64,000 bases of DNA. Source: Candidatus Latescibacterota bacterium. GTDB lineage: Bacteria; Latescibacterota; UBA2968; UBA8231. The position numbers were made by a program, and so were the translations under genes. Shown piece after piece: positions 44,531 to 58,417 of the stretch. Below the pieces are notes generated by a model, which saw nothing but the letters and a program-made list of their open reading frames with translations, made no database searches and was not told the origin of the DNA. Location of the stretch: positions 3,104,001-3,168,000 of the forward strand of contig OZ241362.1 in NCBI GenBank assembly GCA_965200315.1. Direction: 5' to 3'. Each line of letters begins with the position of its first letter. The stretch's first letter is position 1.

Positions 44531-45451
44531 TCAGAACGCCAGCACCAGACCCACGGTTGTGCGGCCTCCAGCGCCGAGGGGATCGGATAAGTAAGCGTAT
44601 TGAAACTGCACGGTTTCGCGCCGCGCCGGGCGCAAGGTTAACCCCGCCGAGAGTTGGCCACTGTCTGCGGCCCCGAGGCGGTGCAGGCCGCCGCGCACCT
44701 CAAGCAGCGTATTTGGCTGCCACTCGGCCCCCAGATTGACGCTCTGCTCCCCGTCGTCGCGCACTTCGGCAGCCAACAGCAGGGTATCCAAAAGCCGCTG
44801 TGACGCGCCAAAGGCAAAGGTGCGCGGCAGGGCATTCTCGGTGGTATTCGATCGCTGATCGGCGTGGCGCACCTTCCAAGCGAGGTTGGTGCTGAGATTG
44901 GATATGCCAGCCCCGAGCCAAGTATGCTCGGCCGTGCGGAACTGTACCCCCAAGTCGAAGCCGCTGCCGTTGGCCGTGGCCTTGGGAGTTGCGGGAACAT
45001 CAATGCTCTGTCTGAGGACTTTAACGGCCAAACCAACCGCTAGGCGGGAGCCAAAGGAACGACCTATACCAAAGATAAAAGCATTGGCTCGGTCCTCGAT
45101 TGGCCCAGTGTACTGGCCGCTAGCGGTGCGGCCCTTGATCCCGCCGACTGCGGCATGTGACCAAGCAAAGCCAAAGCCCATGTCGCCGCGCACGTTGAGC
45201 GCGACAGCGGCACTGCTTTGCCGTCGTCCCAGCGAGAGCGATTGAATGGAGGTCTCTAGGGTCTTGCCGTGCAAGCGGGCGAGGCCGGCTGGATTCCAGT
45301 AGGGGGACGACGCATCGTCGGCCGCGGCGACAAAGGCTCCCATTCCTAGGCCGCGGGCACCCAACCCTGTTCTGAGAAAGGCGGCCGCGAAATCAGCCCC
45401 GTGTGCGGCGGAGGCCGCGAGCAATAGCGCGAAGAGCGTTTTCAATCTCAA
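44531..45451 (-). CDS. PorV/PorQ-family outer-membrane beta-barrel
   Basis: Motifs FLRTGLGARGLGMG, YWNPAGL, FDLG and QYAY; C-terminal Phe. Confidence 0.85.
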   Translation of the reverse strand: MRLKTLFALLLAASAAHGADFAAAFLRTGLGARGLGMGAFVAAADDASSPYWNPAGLARLHGKTLETSIQSLSLGRRQSSAAVALNVRGDMGFGFAWSHAAVGGIKGRTASGQYTGPIEDRANAFIFGIGRSFGSRLAVGLAVKVLRQSIDVPATPKATANGSGFDLGVQFRTAEHTWLGAGISNLSTNLAWKVRHADQRSNTTENALPRTFAFGASQRLLDTLLLAAEVRDDGEQSVNLGAEWQPNTLLEVRGGLHRLGAADSGQLSAGLTLRPARRETVQFQYAYLSDPLGAGGRTTVGLVLAF

Positions 45452-47112
45452 TCGAGCACCACCACTCTGCCAAAGGCCTGTTGACCGGTGTTTAGGGCAA
45501 TACGGTAAAAGTACGTGCCATTGGCTACGAGTTGGCCATCTCGGTCGAGACCATCCCAAAGGATGCGGTGATCGACGCCGCCGGTAAATGGCGCGTCCGT
45601 TGCAAGGTCGCGGACTAGGCCGCTGACAAAGTCGTAGATTGCCACGGAGACCTCTGAGTCGCGTGCCAGACTAAAGACGATGGTCGTGGTTTCGCGCGAG
45701 GGGGCGAAAGGATTGGGTGCTGCGTACGCGAGCGCCGTACTGTCGGGCACACCTCCGGTGCTGACGAAATTGCCTTCGTCAAGCGTGCGCGTGCGGACTA
45801 GGTCGCGGATGACGCGCCAAGTGCTCCCTTCGTCTTCGGAGCGCCCGAGGCCGTGCTCGGCCCCAGCCCAGAGCACATCGCCCACCCCTGCCAGCCCGAC
45901 GAAGGTGCCGGTCAGGGGCTGTCCATCGACGACTTCTATGGTGTCCCAGACCCGTTCTGAATCAATCGGCAGGGTTGGGGCTGGGCTAGCCAGTAGCCCT
46001 TGGTCGGTACCGGCCCAAACAAAATTGGGGGTAAAAGCAAAATCCCAGGCAAAAGTCGGCCCAGTGTGGCCCCAAGTCTGGCCGAGGTCGCGGCTGACGC
46101 TGATGGCTTGGGTTTGGCCGGGCGATGTGGTGGTATTGGTTCCCGCCCAGATGGCCGTGGTGCCGTCGGGCAGTACTTGGCGTTCGAGAGCCACGACCCA
46201 GTTGCCAGCCGGATGGCTTGGGAGGGGAGTGCCCTCTGCGCTGAGGCGTACTTTGGCATTTTGCCAATGCTGGCCTCCGTCAAAGGTGAAGGCAACCCCG
46301 CTGGAAGTGCCGATCCACACCGTATCTCCGTAAGCAATAACCGCAAAAGTGCGGTGTAGGAATGCTTGGCTAGCCAAGCTGTCGGCCGCAGCGCGCAACG
46401 GGGCGATGTCGTCTGGATCGGCATCTTCGCTGGCGAGACTATCGGCCACAATCAGCAAGCTGTCGGCCGCCGTTTCCGCGGGGAAGAAGACGATCTCGTC
46501 TGCGCCGCCGGGCAAGAAGGGTTCCCAAGTGCGGCCTTGGTCGAGCGAACGCACGGTAGAGCCAGCAAAGAAGGCGGCGTACACAGCTTCTCCGTCAATG
46601 GAGATGTCGAAACAAGCATTGAGGATAGTCGTGCCGGGGCTGCGCTCAAAACCGGCCTTGGTGGGGTCGAAAATGAACTCGTTGGGAATGTGGTGCCAAG
46701 AGCCGCCGCCGTCGTGGGAGAAACTCAACCCAGTGCCCGCTTGGTTCACGCCCTGTCCGGCGATGACCGAATCGACCAAGGTGGCTACCCACACGGTATC
46801 GCCGACCGCGTCGAGGGCGCTGATCGCGCCGCGGCCGAGGCCGTTGAGTTCGGTAAAGGTGACCCAGTCCGCTGAGTTGAGGCCGTTGCTTTGCGCCGGA
46901 TCGAGCCGAGCCACCCCACTTTCGGTGCCGACCCATAGATAGCGCCCGCTCCAGACAATGTCGCCTATGGACGTGCCGAAGAGCCCGCGGATAGGCTCGG
47001 ATGCTTGGTGGAAGCGCTGGGGCCTGAGCGCATGGCCGGGCGATAGATGGGGCGCGAGGAAAAGTAGCGAAAAAGAGAAGAGGACGGCTTGGCAAAAAAA
47101 GGAATTGGTCAT
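45448..47112 (-). CDS. Secreted BNR/Asp-box beta-propeller protein with C-terminal FlgD-Ig / T9SS-like sorting domain
   Basis: Repeated SxDxGxTW and WxGT motifs; YAAPNPF...IYD...WDG...NGTYFY...GRVVVLD. Confidence 0.85.
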   Translation of the reverse strand: MTNSFFCQAVLFSFSLLFLAPHLSPGHALRPQRFHQASEPIRGLFGTSIGDIVWSGRYLWVGTESGVARLDPAQSNGLNSADWVTFTELNGLGRGAISALDAVGDTVWVATLVDSVIAGQGVNQAGTGLSFSHDGGGSWHHIPNEFIFDPTKAGFERSPGTTILNACFDISIDGEAVYAAFFAGSTVRSLDQGRTWEPFLPGGADEIVFFPAETAADSLLIVADSLASEDADPDDIAPLRAAADSLASQAFLHRTFAVIAYGDTVWIGTSSGVAFTFDGGQHWQNAKVRLSAEGTPLPSHPAGNWVVALERQVLPDGTTAIWAGTNTTTSPGQTQAISVSRDLGQTWGHTGPTFAWDFAFTPNFVWAGTDQGLLASPAPTLPIDSERVWDTIEVVDGQPLTGTFVGLAGVGDVLWAGAEHGLGRSEDEGSTWRVIRDLVRTRTLDEGNFVSTGGVPDSTALAYAAPNPFAPSRETTTIVFSLARDSEVSVAIYDFVSGLVRDLATDAPFTGGVDHRILWDGLDRDGQLVANGTYFYRIALNTGQQAFGRVVVLD

Positions 47113-47137
47113 AAAGCGAGCATTTTTATTGGGCCAC

Positions 47138-47965
47138 TCAAGCATAGGAAGCGGCCCGCTCGCGCATGGCCTCGATTACTTCGTAGCCGACTCCGTAGTC
47201 GCCGATGCGGGTGCCTTCGCTGTCGCCGTGGCTATCGGACCCTCCCGACTTGATTAGGCCGTAGCGGCCGGCGAATTGGTCGTAATATTCCATTTGCGCT
47301 GACTGGTGAGACGGATGGAAGACCTCAATGCCGTCGAGTCCGTAGGCGACTAACTGCTCTATAATGGACTCGGGGAGACTGATGCTGGGGTGGGCGAGTA
47401 CAGCTACGCCCCCCGTGCGATGAATGAGGGCGATGAGGTCTTTGGCTGCGGCGTAGGGTTTGGGCCTAAAGGCCGGCCCGCGATCGCCAATGTAGCGGCT
47501 GAAGGCTTCATCCTTGTTGGCTACTAGGCCGTTTTCCACCATGGCCGCGGCGATATGCGGCCGCCCGAGAGGGCTGCCATTAGCTTGAAAGAGCACATCG
47601 TCGAGGCTGACGGTCAGCCCTATGCTGTTGAGTGCTTTGATGATGGCGATCCCTCGCTGGTGGCGGGCTTGAAAAGACTTGGCGAGGGTTGTACCGAGCT
47701 GATCGTCTCGGTAGTCAATGCAGTAGGCGAGAATGTGTACTTCGCGGTCCCGGATGTGGGCACTCAATTCGGTCCCGGGCACCACTTCCATGTGCATACG
47801 CTCGCCGGCCGCCGTGGCCTCGGGGACGCCTTGGACCGTATCGTGATCGGTCAAACTCATCGCTTGCAAGCCCGCTTCGCAGGCCTCTTGGACTGCTTCG
47901 GTCGGCGTCCGCAACCCGTCGGAGCACAGAGAATGTGTGTGGAGATCAGCTAAATTGTAAGACAT
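47138..47965 (-). CDS. PHP-domain phosphoesterase (TrpH/YciV-like)
   Basis: Motifs DLHTHS..SDG, TDHD, GRPH, AHP and GGSDSHG. Confidence 0.92.
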   Translation of the reverse strand: MSYNLADLHTHSLCSDGLRTPTEAVQEACEAGLQAMSLTDHDTVQGVPEATAAGERMHMEVVPGTELSAHIRDREVHILAYCIDYRDDQLGTTLAKSFQARHQRGIAIIKALNSIGLTVSLDDVLFQANGSPLGRPHIAAAMVENGLVANKDEAFSRYIGDRGPAFRPKPYAAAKDLIALIHRTGGVAVLAHPSISLPESIIEQLVAYGLDGIEVFHPSHQSAQMEYYDQFAGRYGLIKSGGSDSHGDSEGTRIGDYGVGYEVIEAMRERAASYA

Positions 47966-48088
47966 AAGGTCTCATTATCCTGTGAAAATGCCATTCAAAA
48001 GTACACAAAAAAGAAAGCCTTTTGCCGTGCTCAATCAAGCCCTATGCCCGCGTCTTGCGCTTGCCTCGCACAGTGTGTGCGCGTCTTG

Positions 48089-48937
48089 CTACATGGGACT
48101 GTTGGAAAGCTCGAGCAGTAAATTGCCAGCGTGAATTCGCATTTTATCGAGCGCTTGGTCTCTAAGCTGGCGCACTCGCTCGCGTGTGAGACCCAATTGC
48201 CCGCCGATTTGCTCCAGCGTCTGGGGCTTTTGGTCGTCGAGGCCGAAATAGGCGCGGACGACTAGGCGCTCGCGTCGATCCAGCAGGTCGAGGCACGCAT
48301 GCAAGGTATGAGAAAGGGCTGCGCGCTCATAGCAATCGGCCGGATCGGGCGTACGAGCCGCGAAAGTGGCTATTAGTGGCTCCCGTTCATCGGGCACGGT
48401 CGGCGTGTCCATCGAGACATCAGGTTGGGCCATGTAAAGGGCATTGTGCGTCCGCTCCAGCGATAATTCAGCACTGTTGGCGATTTCCTCAGGGGTGGGA
48501 TCGCGACCCAGTTTTTGGGCGAGGATACCCGTCCACCGCTCGACTTTTTGCAGATCATTGACCCGGCTCAGTGGCGGGCGGGCAATTTTGCCGTGTTCGG
48601 CCAAGGCGCGGAGGATGGCTTGGCGAATCCACCACACCGCATAGGTGATGAATTTAAAACCGCGCGTCTCATCGAAGCGCTGGACCGCCTCCAGCAGACC
48701 GAGGTTGCCCTCGGAAATCAGCTCCATAAAGGAAAGCCCGCGCCCGTGGTACCCCCGCGCGATGCGGACGACAAAGCGCAAGTTGGCCTCGACCATCTGG
48801 TGCATGGCGCACTCGTCGCCAGCGCGCACTTTGTGTACCAGTTCGATCTCTCGTTGGCGGCTCAGCGGCTGAAAGTGCCGAATGTCGCGCCAGTAGGACT
48901 CGGCTAGACCTAGCGAATCGAGGCTGCTTTTTCCCAT
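48089..48937 (-). CDS. RNA polymerase sigma-70 factor, RpoD/RpoS-like, lacking region 1.1
   Basis: Motifs ANLRFVV, LISEGNLGL, KFITYAVWWIRQ and TRERVRQ. Confidence 0.93.
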   Translation of the reverse strand: MGKSSLDSLGLAESYWRDIRHFQPLSRQREIELVHKVRAGDECAMHQMVEANLRFVVRIARGYHGRGLSFMELISEGNLGLLEAVQRFDETRGFKFITYAVWWIRQAILRALAEHGKIARPPLSRVNDLQKVERWTGILAQKLGRDPTPEEIANSAELSLERTHNALYMAQPDVSMDTPTVPDEREPLIATFAARTPDPADCYERAALSHTLHACLDLLDRRERLVVRAYFGLDDQKPQTLEQIGGQLGLTRERVRQLRDQALDKMRIHAGNLLLELSNSPM

Positions 48938-49016
48938 AAGTAGCCAAAGCGTCAAAGTAAGAAAATACAGGTTCTTAAGTAGGACGACTGAGGAAGAGCG
49001 CGGTTCCAGCCCGGGA

Positions 49017-50486
49017 TCAGGCCGGGGGAAGTAGCGAGCGGAAGCGGTCGTAGGCCGCGTCCCAAGCAGCGGTTTGCTCTGGCTCGTACACAACGGGCGC
49101 GAAGGAGTGGCGCACGACTTGGCGGATTTCGGCCAGCGAGGCCATCTGGCCTAGGCCCATAAGCTGGAGCATTAGATTGCCGATGGCCGTTGCTTCGAGC
49201 GGCCCGGCGACGACCGGACGACCAGTAGCCGAAGCGGTAAACTGGCAGAGCAGGCGGTTTTGGATCCCACCGCCGACAATGTGTATGCACTCGAGGCGGC
49301 GGCCGAGAATGGTCTCTAGCGCGTCGAGGACGTAGCGGTACTTAAACGCTAGGCTTTCGAGGGCCACGCACGCGACTTGCCCCTCGTCGGCGGGAATGGC
49401 TTGTCCCGTCTCTTGGCAATAGGCGCGGATTCTGGCGGGCATGTCGCCCGGTGCTAGAAAGCACTCGGCGTCTGGATCGACGAAAGCGGTAAAGGATGCA
49501 GCGCTTTGGGCCATGGCCGTCAGTTCGTCGTAGGAAAAGGCGCGTCCCTCGCGCTGCCACGTGCGCCGGCACTCCTGTATCAGCCACAAGCCCATGATGT
49601 TTTTCAGGAAGCGGTAGGTTGGCCCGACGCCTCCTTCGTTGGTGAAATTGTACTGGAATGCCTGATCGCTGATGAGCGGTTGGTCGAGCTCGACGCCCAT
49701 CAGCGACCAAGTTCCCGAGCTGATATAGGCGTAGTCGCGGACTTCAGCGGGCACCGCGGCCACGGCCGCGCCCGTATCGTGAGTAGCTGGAGCGATGACC
49801 GGAACCGAGCCAAGCCCTGTTTCAGCAGCAATAGAAGGCAGGAGCGAGCCTAGGCGGGTTCCGGGCTGGACAATCGGGGGAAGAAAATGGATCGGCAGCC
49901 CCAAGCCTTCTAGGAGCTCGACCGACCAAGTGCCTTGGCGCGGATCGTAAAATTGGGTGGTAGTGGCGTTGGAAAATTCGCAGGTCTTGGTGCCGGTAAG
50001 ATAAAAATTGAACAGGTCGGCCATCATCAAGAAGGTCTGCGCCCATTCCAGCAAAGACGAGTCGCGCAGCGAAAGCAGTTGATATAAGGTGTTGACCTTC
50101 AAAAACTGTACGCCAGTGCGCGCAAAAATTTCCTCGCGCGGCACTCGTGCAAAGGCTTCCTCTAACATGCCGTCGGTGCGCGGGTCGCGGTAGTTGCGCG
50201 GATTGTCCAAGAGCACGTCCATAGGCCCGAGGAGGGCGAAATCGACGCCCCAAGTATCGACGCCGATCGCATTGAGTGCCTTGCCGTGTGTGCGGGCAAA
50301 TAGGCCGAGGGCCTGTTTCATCTCGGCGAAGAGGCGCAAAGGGTCCCAGTAGAGACGGTCGAAGACTTGGACCGGACCATTTGCAAAACGGTGCAGCTCT
50401 TCTAACGCTAGGCGCTCGCCATCGAAATGCCCGACAATGGCGCGGCCACTTTCGGCCCCTAAGTCAAAGGCGAGCAGCTTGCTCAT
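49017..50486 (-). CDS. rhaB: Rhamnulokinase family sugar kinase
   Basis: Motifs DLGAESGR, DTWGVD, HDTG, ISSGTWSL, NEGG, KNIMGLW and EATAIGN. Confidence 0.92.
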   Translation of the reverse strand: MSKLLAFDLGAESGRAIVGHFDGERLALEELHRFANGPVQVFDRLYWDPLRLFAEMKQALGLFARTHGKALNAIGVDTWGVDFALLGPMDVLLDNPRNYRDPRTDGMLEEAFARVPREEIFARTGVQFLKVNTLYQLLSLRDSSLLEWAQTFLMMADLFNFYLTGTKTCEFSNATTTQFYDPRQGTWSVELLEGLGLPIHFLPPIVQPGTRLGSLLPSIAAETGLGSVPVIAPATHDTGAAVAAVPAEVRDYAYISSGTWSLMGVELDQPLISDQAFQYNFTNEGGVGPTYRFLKNIMGLWLIQECRRTWQREGRAFSYDELTAMAQSAASFTAFVDPDAECFLAPGDMPARIRAYCQETGQAIPADEGQVACVALESLAFKYRYVLDALETILGRRLECIHIVGGGIQNRLLCQFTASATGRPVVAGPLEATAIGNLMLQLMGLGQMASLAEIRQVVRHSFAPVVYEPEQTAAWDAAYDRFRSLLPPA

Positions 50487-50761
50487 AGGTAGTTGAGGCC
50501 GAGTTCGGAGACCAACTCGCGTGTATCGTTGTCGAGGAGGGCGCAAATCAAGGCGATGCCCAACTCGCGCTCCATGCCCGCAGCATACGCGGTGTGTTCG
50601 TCGCGAAAATTGATCCGCTGGAAGCCGAGGACAGCCTTTTTGAACTCCTCGGGCCGCTCGTAGAGGACAACTTGGGCAATGGGCGCATTGGCGAGTGCCT
50701 CGGAGACAAAGGATACGCCAAAAATTTCCTCCAAGGCGTTTCTGAGCTGGCGATGCAGCAT
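50483..50761 (-). CDS. Hypothetical protein
   Basis: 92-aa ORF coupled on both sides (TAATG and ATGA overlaps). Confidence 0.75.
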   Translation of the reverse strand: MLHRQLRNALEEIFGVSFVSEALANAPIAQVVLYERPEEFKKAVLGFQRINFRDEHTAYAAGMERELGIALICALLDNDTRELVSELGLNYL

Positions 50762-50946
50762 TAGAAGGGATAGACCTCGTCGAGCCGGCGCTTGAGCGCA
50801 CTGCCGCGCTGCTCGCTGTCGTCTTCAATCACGTACTGGACGATGGGTGCGCGCCGCCAATAGCTCAACATGGCCTCAAAATTGAGGGTGGGCTGGTGAA
50901 ACTCCAAGCGGAAGACCAAAAAGGCGCGGAGCAAGTTTTTGACCAT
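50761..50946 (-). CDS. Small hypothetical protein or gene fragment
   Basis: 61-aa ORF whose stop overlaps the next start. Confidence 0.5.
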   Translation of the reverse strand: MVKNLLRAFLVFRLEFHQPTLNFEAMLSYWRRAPIVQYVIEDDSEQRGSALKRRLDEVYPF

Positions 50947-50954
50947 AGCACTCT

Positions 50955-51020
50955 AATTAGGAATTAGGAGTGGCGAACTTCCTCTTCATAGGGCGCGGTA
51001 GGGAGGCGTAATTCCTAATT
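50955..51020. repeat. Inverted heptamer repeat element
   Basis: AATTAGGAATTAGG ... TAATTCCTAATT. Confidence 0.55.
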
Positions 51021-51988
51021 TAGTTGAGGTACTCCGCAATCCGCTCCTCAATGCGCTGCAAGACGGGCGTTGCGCCGAGTTCGGCGTCGAAGTCTGTGCC
51101 TGTAACCCGTTGAAAAAGGTCGATATAGCGCTCGGCAACTTGGACGCGGATATCGTCGTCGAGTGCGGGGGTATTGTCGTCGGAAATGCCCTTGTCGCGG
51201 AGCCAGAGGCGCAAAAATTCCTTGTCGAGGCTCTCGGGCTCCTCGCCGCGAACGTGGTGCTCCGCGTAGGTGTCGCTGATCCAGAAGCGCGACGAGTCGG
51301 GCGTGTGGATCTCGTCGGCGAGCGTGATGCGCCCGTCGGCGTCTAGCCCCATTTCGTATTTGGTATCCACGAGGATTAACCCTTGCTTGGCCGCTAGCTC
51401 TTCGCCGCGAGCAAAGAGCGCGAGGGCGATCTCCTCAACTTGGTTCCAGGTGTCTTCTGGCACTAGGCCTTGGGCCATGATTTCGTCGCGCGAAATTAGC
51501 TCGTCGTGGACTTCGTCCTTGGTCGTCGGCGTGATAATCGCCTCGTCGAAAGGCTGGTTTTTGACCATGCCGTCGGGCAACATGTGGCCGCAGTAGTGGC
51601 GCACACCTCTGTTGTAATGGGTCCATATAGCCGTGTCCGAACTGCCGGTCAGATACTTGCGGACCACCACCTCAACGGGCAGGATGTCCAGCTCGCGGGC
51701 GACGGTGACGTTGGCGTCGGGCACTGAGATGATTTGATTGGGGGCGATGTCTTGGGTCTGCTCAAACCAGTACTGGGCAATGCGGTTGAGCACTTGGCCC
51801 TTGAGGGGAATGGTGCCGAGCACGTGGTCGAACGCGCTTTGGCGATCCGTAGCGATCAGTACGCGATGGTTTTCGAGCAAGTACATATCGCGCACCTTGC
51901 CGCGCTTATAGAGCGACTCCCACTGAGGGAATTTGGCCTCCAGCAGACAGTTGGCGAGCTGGGATTGGATCTGTTGGCGAGTTATCAT
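51020..51988 (-). CDS. purC: SAICAR synthetase
   Basis: Motifs GKVRD, TDRQSAFD, TPTTK, DTKYE, DEIHTPDSSRFW and DKEF. Confidence 0.96.
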   Translation of the reverse strand: MITRQQIQSQLANCLLEAKFPQWESLYKRGKVRDMYLLENHRVLIATDRQSAFDHVLGTIPLKGQVLNRIAQYWFEQTQDIAPNQIISVPDANVTVARELDILPVEVVVRKYLTGSSDTAIWTHYNRGVRHYCGHMLPDGMVKNQPFDEAIITPTTKDEVHDELISRDEIMAQGLVPEDTWNQVEEIALALFARGEELAAKQGLILVDTKYEMGLDADGRITLADEIHTPDSSRFWISDTYAEHHVRGEEPESLDKEFLRLWLRDKGISDDNTPALDDDIRVQVAERYIDLFQRVTGTDFDAELGATPVLQRIEERIAEYLN

Positions 51989-52158
51989 GGAATAGACGTC
52001 CTCAAGTAAGAGAGTTGGCTGCGAAAAAATTGATATTATGAGCGCACATAAGCCCCGTCAATAGGGTCCGGCGTAGAGAGTGCTTGATTTTCGCCTCTCT
52101 GCGGCGTATTTTGAAGCCGACGAAACAGACAATCTCACCCCTATAAGGGAGGTCTATT

Positions 52159-52632
52159 ATGTCGAGAAAACTGGTTGTGTTGGCGTTGGCAGTGGGTCTG
52201 GTCGGGTGTGGGACCGAGGAGGAAGACAAGCAAATACTCATCGAGTATGTGACGAAGTTGAAGGTACTGGATGGCAAAAACCGACAGGTTGTCGATACTA
52301 TTGAGCATCTGAGAAAGCCGCTCAGCGAGATCTCCGCAGAGGATCTAGCCAAGGCGCGTCAGCTCATCAACGATTACGTGGCAGAACTGCAGGCCTTTCC
52401 CCGAGATCTCACATACCGCGAACTGCGCGTGACCCACAACCTCTATGTCGACAAGGTTTCGCAAGCCATTGAGTTGTCCGGAGACAAGGGGCGCGAAATG
52501 CGGCGCGAGAAGAGCAACGTGGACATCGGTGTGCGCCACATCGAGAAATTCACCAAGCGGCACCACAATGGTATGAACGTCTTGTGGGATCGCCATAAAT
52601 TGCCGGATTTTCCGCTGGAGTGGCCCCAGTAA
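52159..52632 (+). CDS. Hypothetical helical lipoprotein
   Basis: GGAGG RBS; lipobox LVGC. Confidence 0.8.
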   Translation: MSRKLVVLALAVGLVGCGTEEEDKQILIEYVTKLKVLDGKNRQVVDTIEHLRKPLSEISAEDLAKARQLINDYVAELQAFPRDLTYRELRVTHNLYVDKVSQAIELSGDKGREMRREKSNVDIGVRHIEKFTKRHHNGMNVLWDRHKLPDFPLEWPQ

Positions 52633-52655
52633 TCCAGACGGTATTCAAGCGAGCC

Positions 52656-52687
52656 AAGCCCCCAGCCCAAGCGGCCGGGGGCTTTTT
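52656..52687 (+). terminator. Rho-independent terminator
   Basis: AAGCCCCCAGCC...GGCCGGGGGCTTTTT. Confidence 0.75.
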
Positions 52688-52692
52688 GCGTT

Positions 52693-54159
52693 TTAGGACA
52701 CCCGATGAAACCAACGCTGGCCGCTGGAGAGCAAACCGGTGTAGAGAAAGCCGGCGTGGAACAGCAGCAGAAAGGGCATCCCCAAGTAGAGGCCGGTCGC
52801 ATAGGCGTGGTAGAGAGCGAAGACGAAGTAGAGCGCCATGCCCAGTTCGCCCAAAGACAGCAGCGGCCAGCGGCTTAGGTACTTGCGCTGCTGGCCTTGG
52901 TCACGGCGTCCGGTAAGCCCGTATTTGGGGGTGCGGAGGAAAGCGGTTTGGTACCCGACGAGGCCCTCGATCACCGCTCGGGTGTTGTTGATGCAGAGAC
53001 TCATGCCAATGGCCATCAACATGGGCAAGTACTTGATCTGTCGTCGCCAATCTGGATAGAGCACGCGCTGGGAGGTAATGTAGAAGCCGGAAATGGCCAT
53101 GGTGGCAAAAGAAAACAGCGGCAGGTCAATGATAAAGAACCGCTCCCAGCCGAGTTGCGAGCGAATGGAAAGCACCGGAACGGTCAATAGGGCCATCAAG
53201 AGCATCATAATGTAGCAGAGGTTGGCCGTCAGATGGAAGGTGGCCTCGATCTTGACCTTGGCTGGGAGCGCAGAACGCCAGATCCGCGGCAGCACCTTCT
53301 TGGCGGTCTGGACCGCGCCCTTGGTCCAGCGGTGCTGTTGCGACTTGAAGGCATTGATCTCAACGGGGATCTCGCCGGGCACTTCAATTTCGGGCAGATA
53401 GAGAAACTGCCAGCCAGCCAGTTGGGCGCGGTAGCTCAAATCGAGGTCTTCGGTGAGCGTGTCGTGCTGCCAGCCACCAGCGTCGTAGATGGCCTTTTTG
53501 CGCCATATTCCCGCGGTGCCATTGAAGTTGAAGAAGCGACCCGAGCGGTTGCGAGCCGTGTGTTCGACGACGAAGTGGCCGTCGAGAAAGATCGACTGGA
53601 TGCGCGTCAGGAGCGAGTAGGAGCGGTTGAGGTGTCCCCAACGCATCTGCACCATGCCGATGGAATCGTCGGTAAAGTAGTGAATGGCTCGTTGTAGGAT
53701 GTCGGGGGGGGGCACGAAATCGGCGTCGAGCACCAACACAAATTCGCCTTGGGTGCGCTCTAGCCCCTCAGCCAGTGCCCCGGCCTTAAAGCCGTGGCGG
53801 TTGGTGCGGCCGAGATACTCGATATCCAGCCCTTGGGCCGCCAGCCGTGCGACCCCTTCCCGCGCCTTGTCGCGAGTTTCGTCCTGCGAGTCGTCGAGGA
53901 CTTGGATTTGCAGGCGGTCGCGGGGATAGTCGATCCGGCTCACGGCCTCTAGCAGGTGCTCGACCACGTGATATTCGTTGTAGATCGGTAACTGGATCGC
54001 GACCAAGGGCAACTCGGCAAAGCGGTCGGGTTGGGGAACTGGGGTTAGGTGATGCCGATAAAACAGGCGCAGTAACTGGTAGCGGTGGAGCCCGTAAACG
54101 CCGAGAACGGCGATGATGCTGCTGTACACCACCAAACAGAGTACTTCCCAGAAGCTCAT
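52693..54159 (-). CDS. GT2 cellulose-synthase-like glycosyltransferase (CslA/glucomannan-synthase-like)
   Basis: Motifs QLPIYNE, DDS, KAGAL, DADF, TEDLD and QQHRW; TM helices. Confidence 0.93.
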   Translation of the reverse strand: MSFWEVLCLVVYSSIIAVLGVYGLHRYQLLRLFYRHHLTPVPQPDRFAELPLVAIQLPIYNEYHVVEHLLEAVSRIDYPRDRLQIQVLDDSQDETRDKAREGVARLAAQGLDIEYLGRTNRHGFKAGALAEGLERTQGEFVLVLDADFVPPPDILQRAIHYFTDDSIGMVQMRWGHLNRSYSLLTRIQSIFLDGHFVVEHTARNRSGRFFNFNGTAGIWRKKAIYDAGGWQHDTLTEDLDLSYRAQLAGWQFLYLPEIEVPGEIPVEINAFKSQQHRWTKGAVQTAKKVLPRIWRSALPAKVKIEATFHLTANLCYIMMLLMALLTVPVLSIRSQLGWERFFIIDLPLFSFATMAISGFYITSQRVLYPDWRRQIKYLPMLMAIGMSLCINNTRAVIEGLVGYQTAFLRTPKYGLTGRRDQGQQRKYLSRWPLLSLGELGMALYFVFALYHAYATGLYLGMPFLLLFHAGFLYTGLLSSGQRWFHRVS

Positions 54160-54173
54160 ATCGCTTTCCACGC

Positions 54174-57434
<3,261 letters not shown>

Positions 57435-57485
57435 ACTAAATCCTCTTAACTAGTACCGAGTCTCGGGCCTCTATACATGTTCAAT

Positions 57486-57953
57486 TCAGACGCTGGGTCC
57501 CTTCTGGCGCACGACGCCGTCGAGGACGCCATTGACGAACGCATAGGACTTCTCGGTGCTGTAGGACTTGGCTAGTTCGACAGCTTCAAAAATGGAGACC
57601 CGGACTGGAATTTCCTCAATAAAGAGCATTTCGGCCAAGGCCAAGCGCAAGATCAAGCGATCAATGCGGGCGATGCGCTCCCAGCTCCAGTGCTGGACCC
57701 GGGCCGCTGCCAGCGCGTCCAATTCGTCCGCATGCTCGGCTGCGCAATGCAGGAGTTCGGCCGCAAAGGACTGCACCTCTTGCGCTAGGCCAAAGCGTAC
57801 ACAGAGCTGATCCAATGCGACGAGTGAGTCGGTCTCCGCGCTCTGCTCCCAGTACAGGGCCTGTAAGGCCACTTGGCGAGCGCCGTGGCGGTTGTTGGGA
57901 GGTGCCTCGTCGGCCGAGGTCCCATCGCCAAAAAAATCGTCTGCGCCGCTCAT
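57486..57953 (-). CDS. nusB: Transcription antitermination factor NusB
   Basis: Motifs [19 protein letters not shown] and FVNGVLD. Confidence 0.96.
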   Translation of the reverse strand: MSGADDFFGDGTSADEAPPNNRHGARQVALQALYWEQSAETDSLVALDQLCVRFGLAQEVQSFAAELLHCAAEHADELDALAAARVQHWSWERIARIDRLILRLALAEMLFIEEIPVRVSIFEAVELAKSYSTEKSYAFVNGVLDGVVRQKGPSV

Positions 57954-58417
57954 CCTAACTCGGCCATCAAGCTGGCCATTTCAACCGCGTTGAGGGCGGC
58001 GTCCCAGCCGCGATTGCCGGCCTTGACACCCGCGCGCTGCACGGCCTGCTCGACCGTGTCAGCGGTGATGACGCCAAAGATCACCGGGATGCCGCTGTCG
58101 AGGCCGACGCGGGCAATGCCCTTGGCCGACTCGCCAGCCACGTAGTCGAAGTGGGGAGTGTCGCTGCGGACGATGGCCCCCAAGCAGATGACGACGTCAA
58201 AGCGACCCGTGCCCGCTAGCTTCTTGGCGGCAATAGGCAACTCAAAGGCTCCGGGGACCCAAGCAATTTCTATGTCGTTGCTGTCGCCGCCGTGTCGCTG
58301 GATGCAGTCCAACGCGCCGTCGAGGAGCCGAGTGGTCACCAAGTCGTTGAAGCGGCTGACCGCAATGCCGAACTTGCGGCCTCGGGCGTCGAGCTGTCCT
58401 TCATGCACTTTTGGCAT
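57950..58417 (-). CDS. ribH: 6,7-dimethyl-8-ribityllumazine synthase
   Basis: Motifs [20 protein letters not shown] and FGV. Confidence 0.97.
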   Translation of the reverse strand: MPKVHEGQLDARGRKFGIAVSRFNDLVTTRLLDGALDCIQRHGGDSNDIEIAWVPGAFELPIAAKKLAGTGRFDVVICLGAIVRSDTPHFDYVAGESAKGIARVGLDSGIPVIFGVITADTVEQAVQRAGVKAGNRGWDAALNAVEMASLMAELG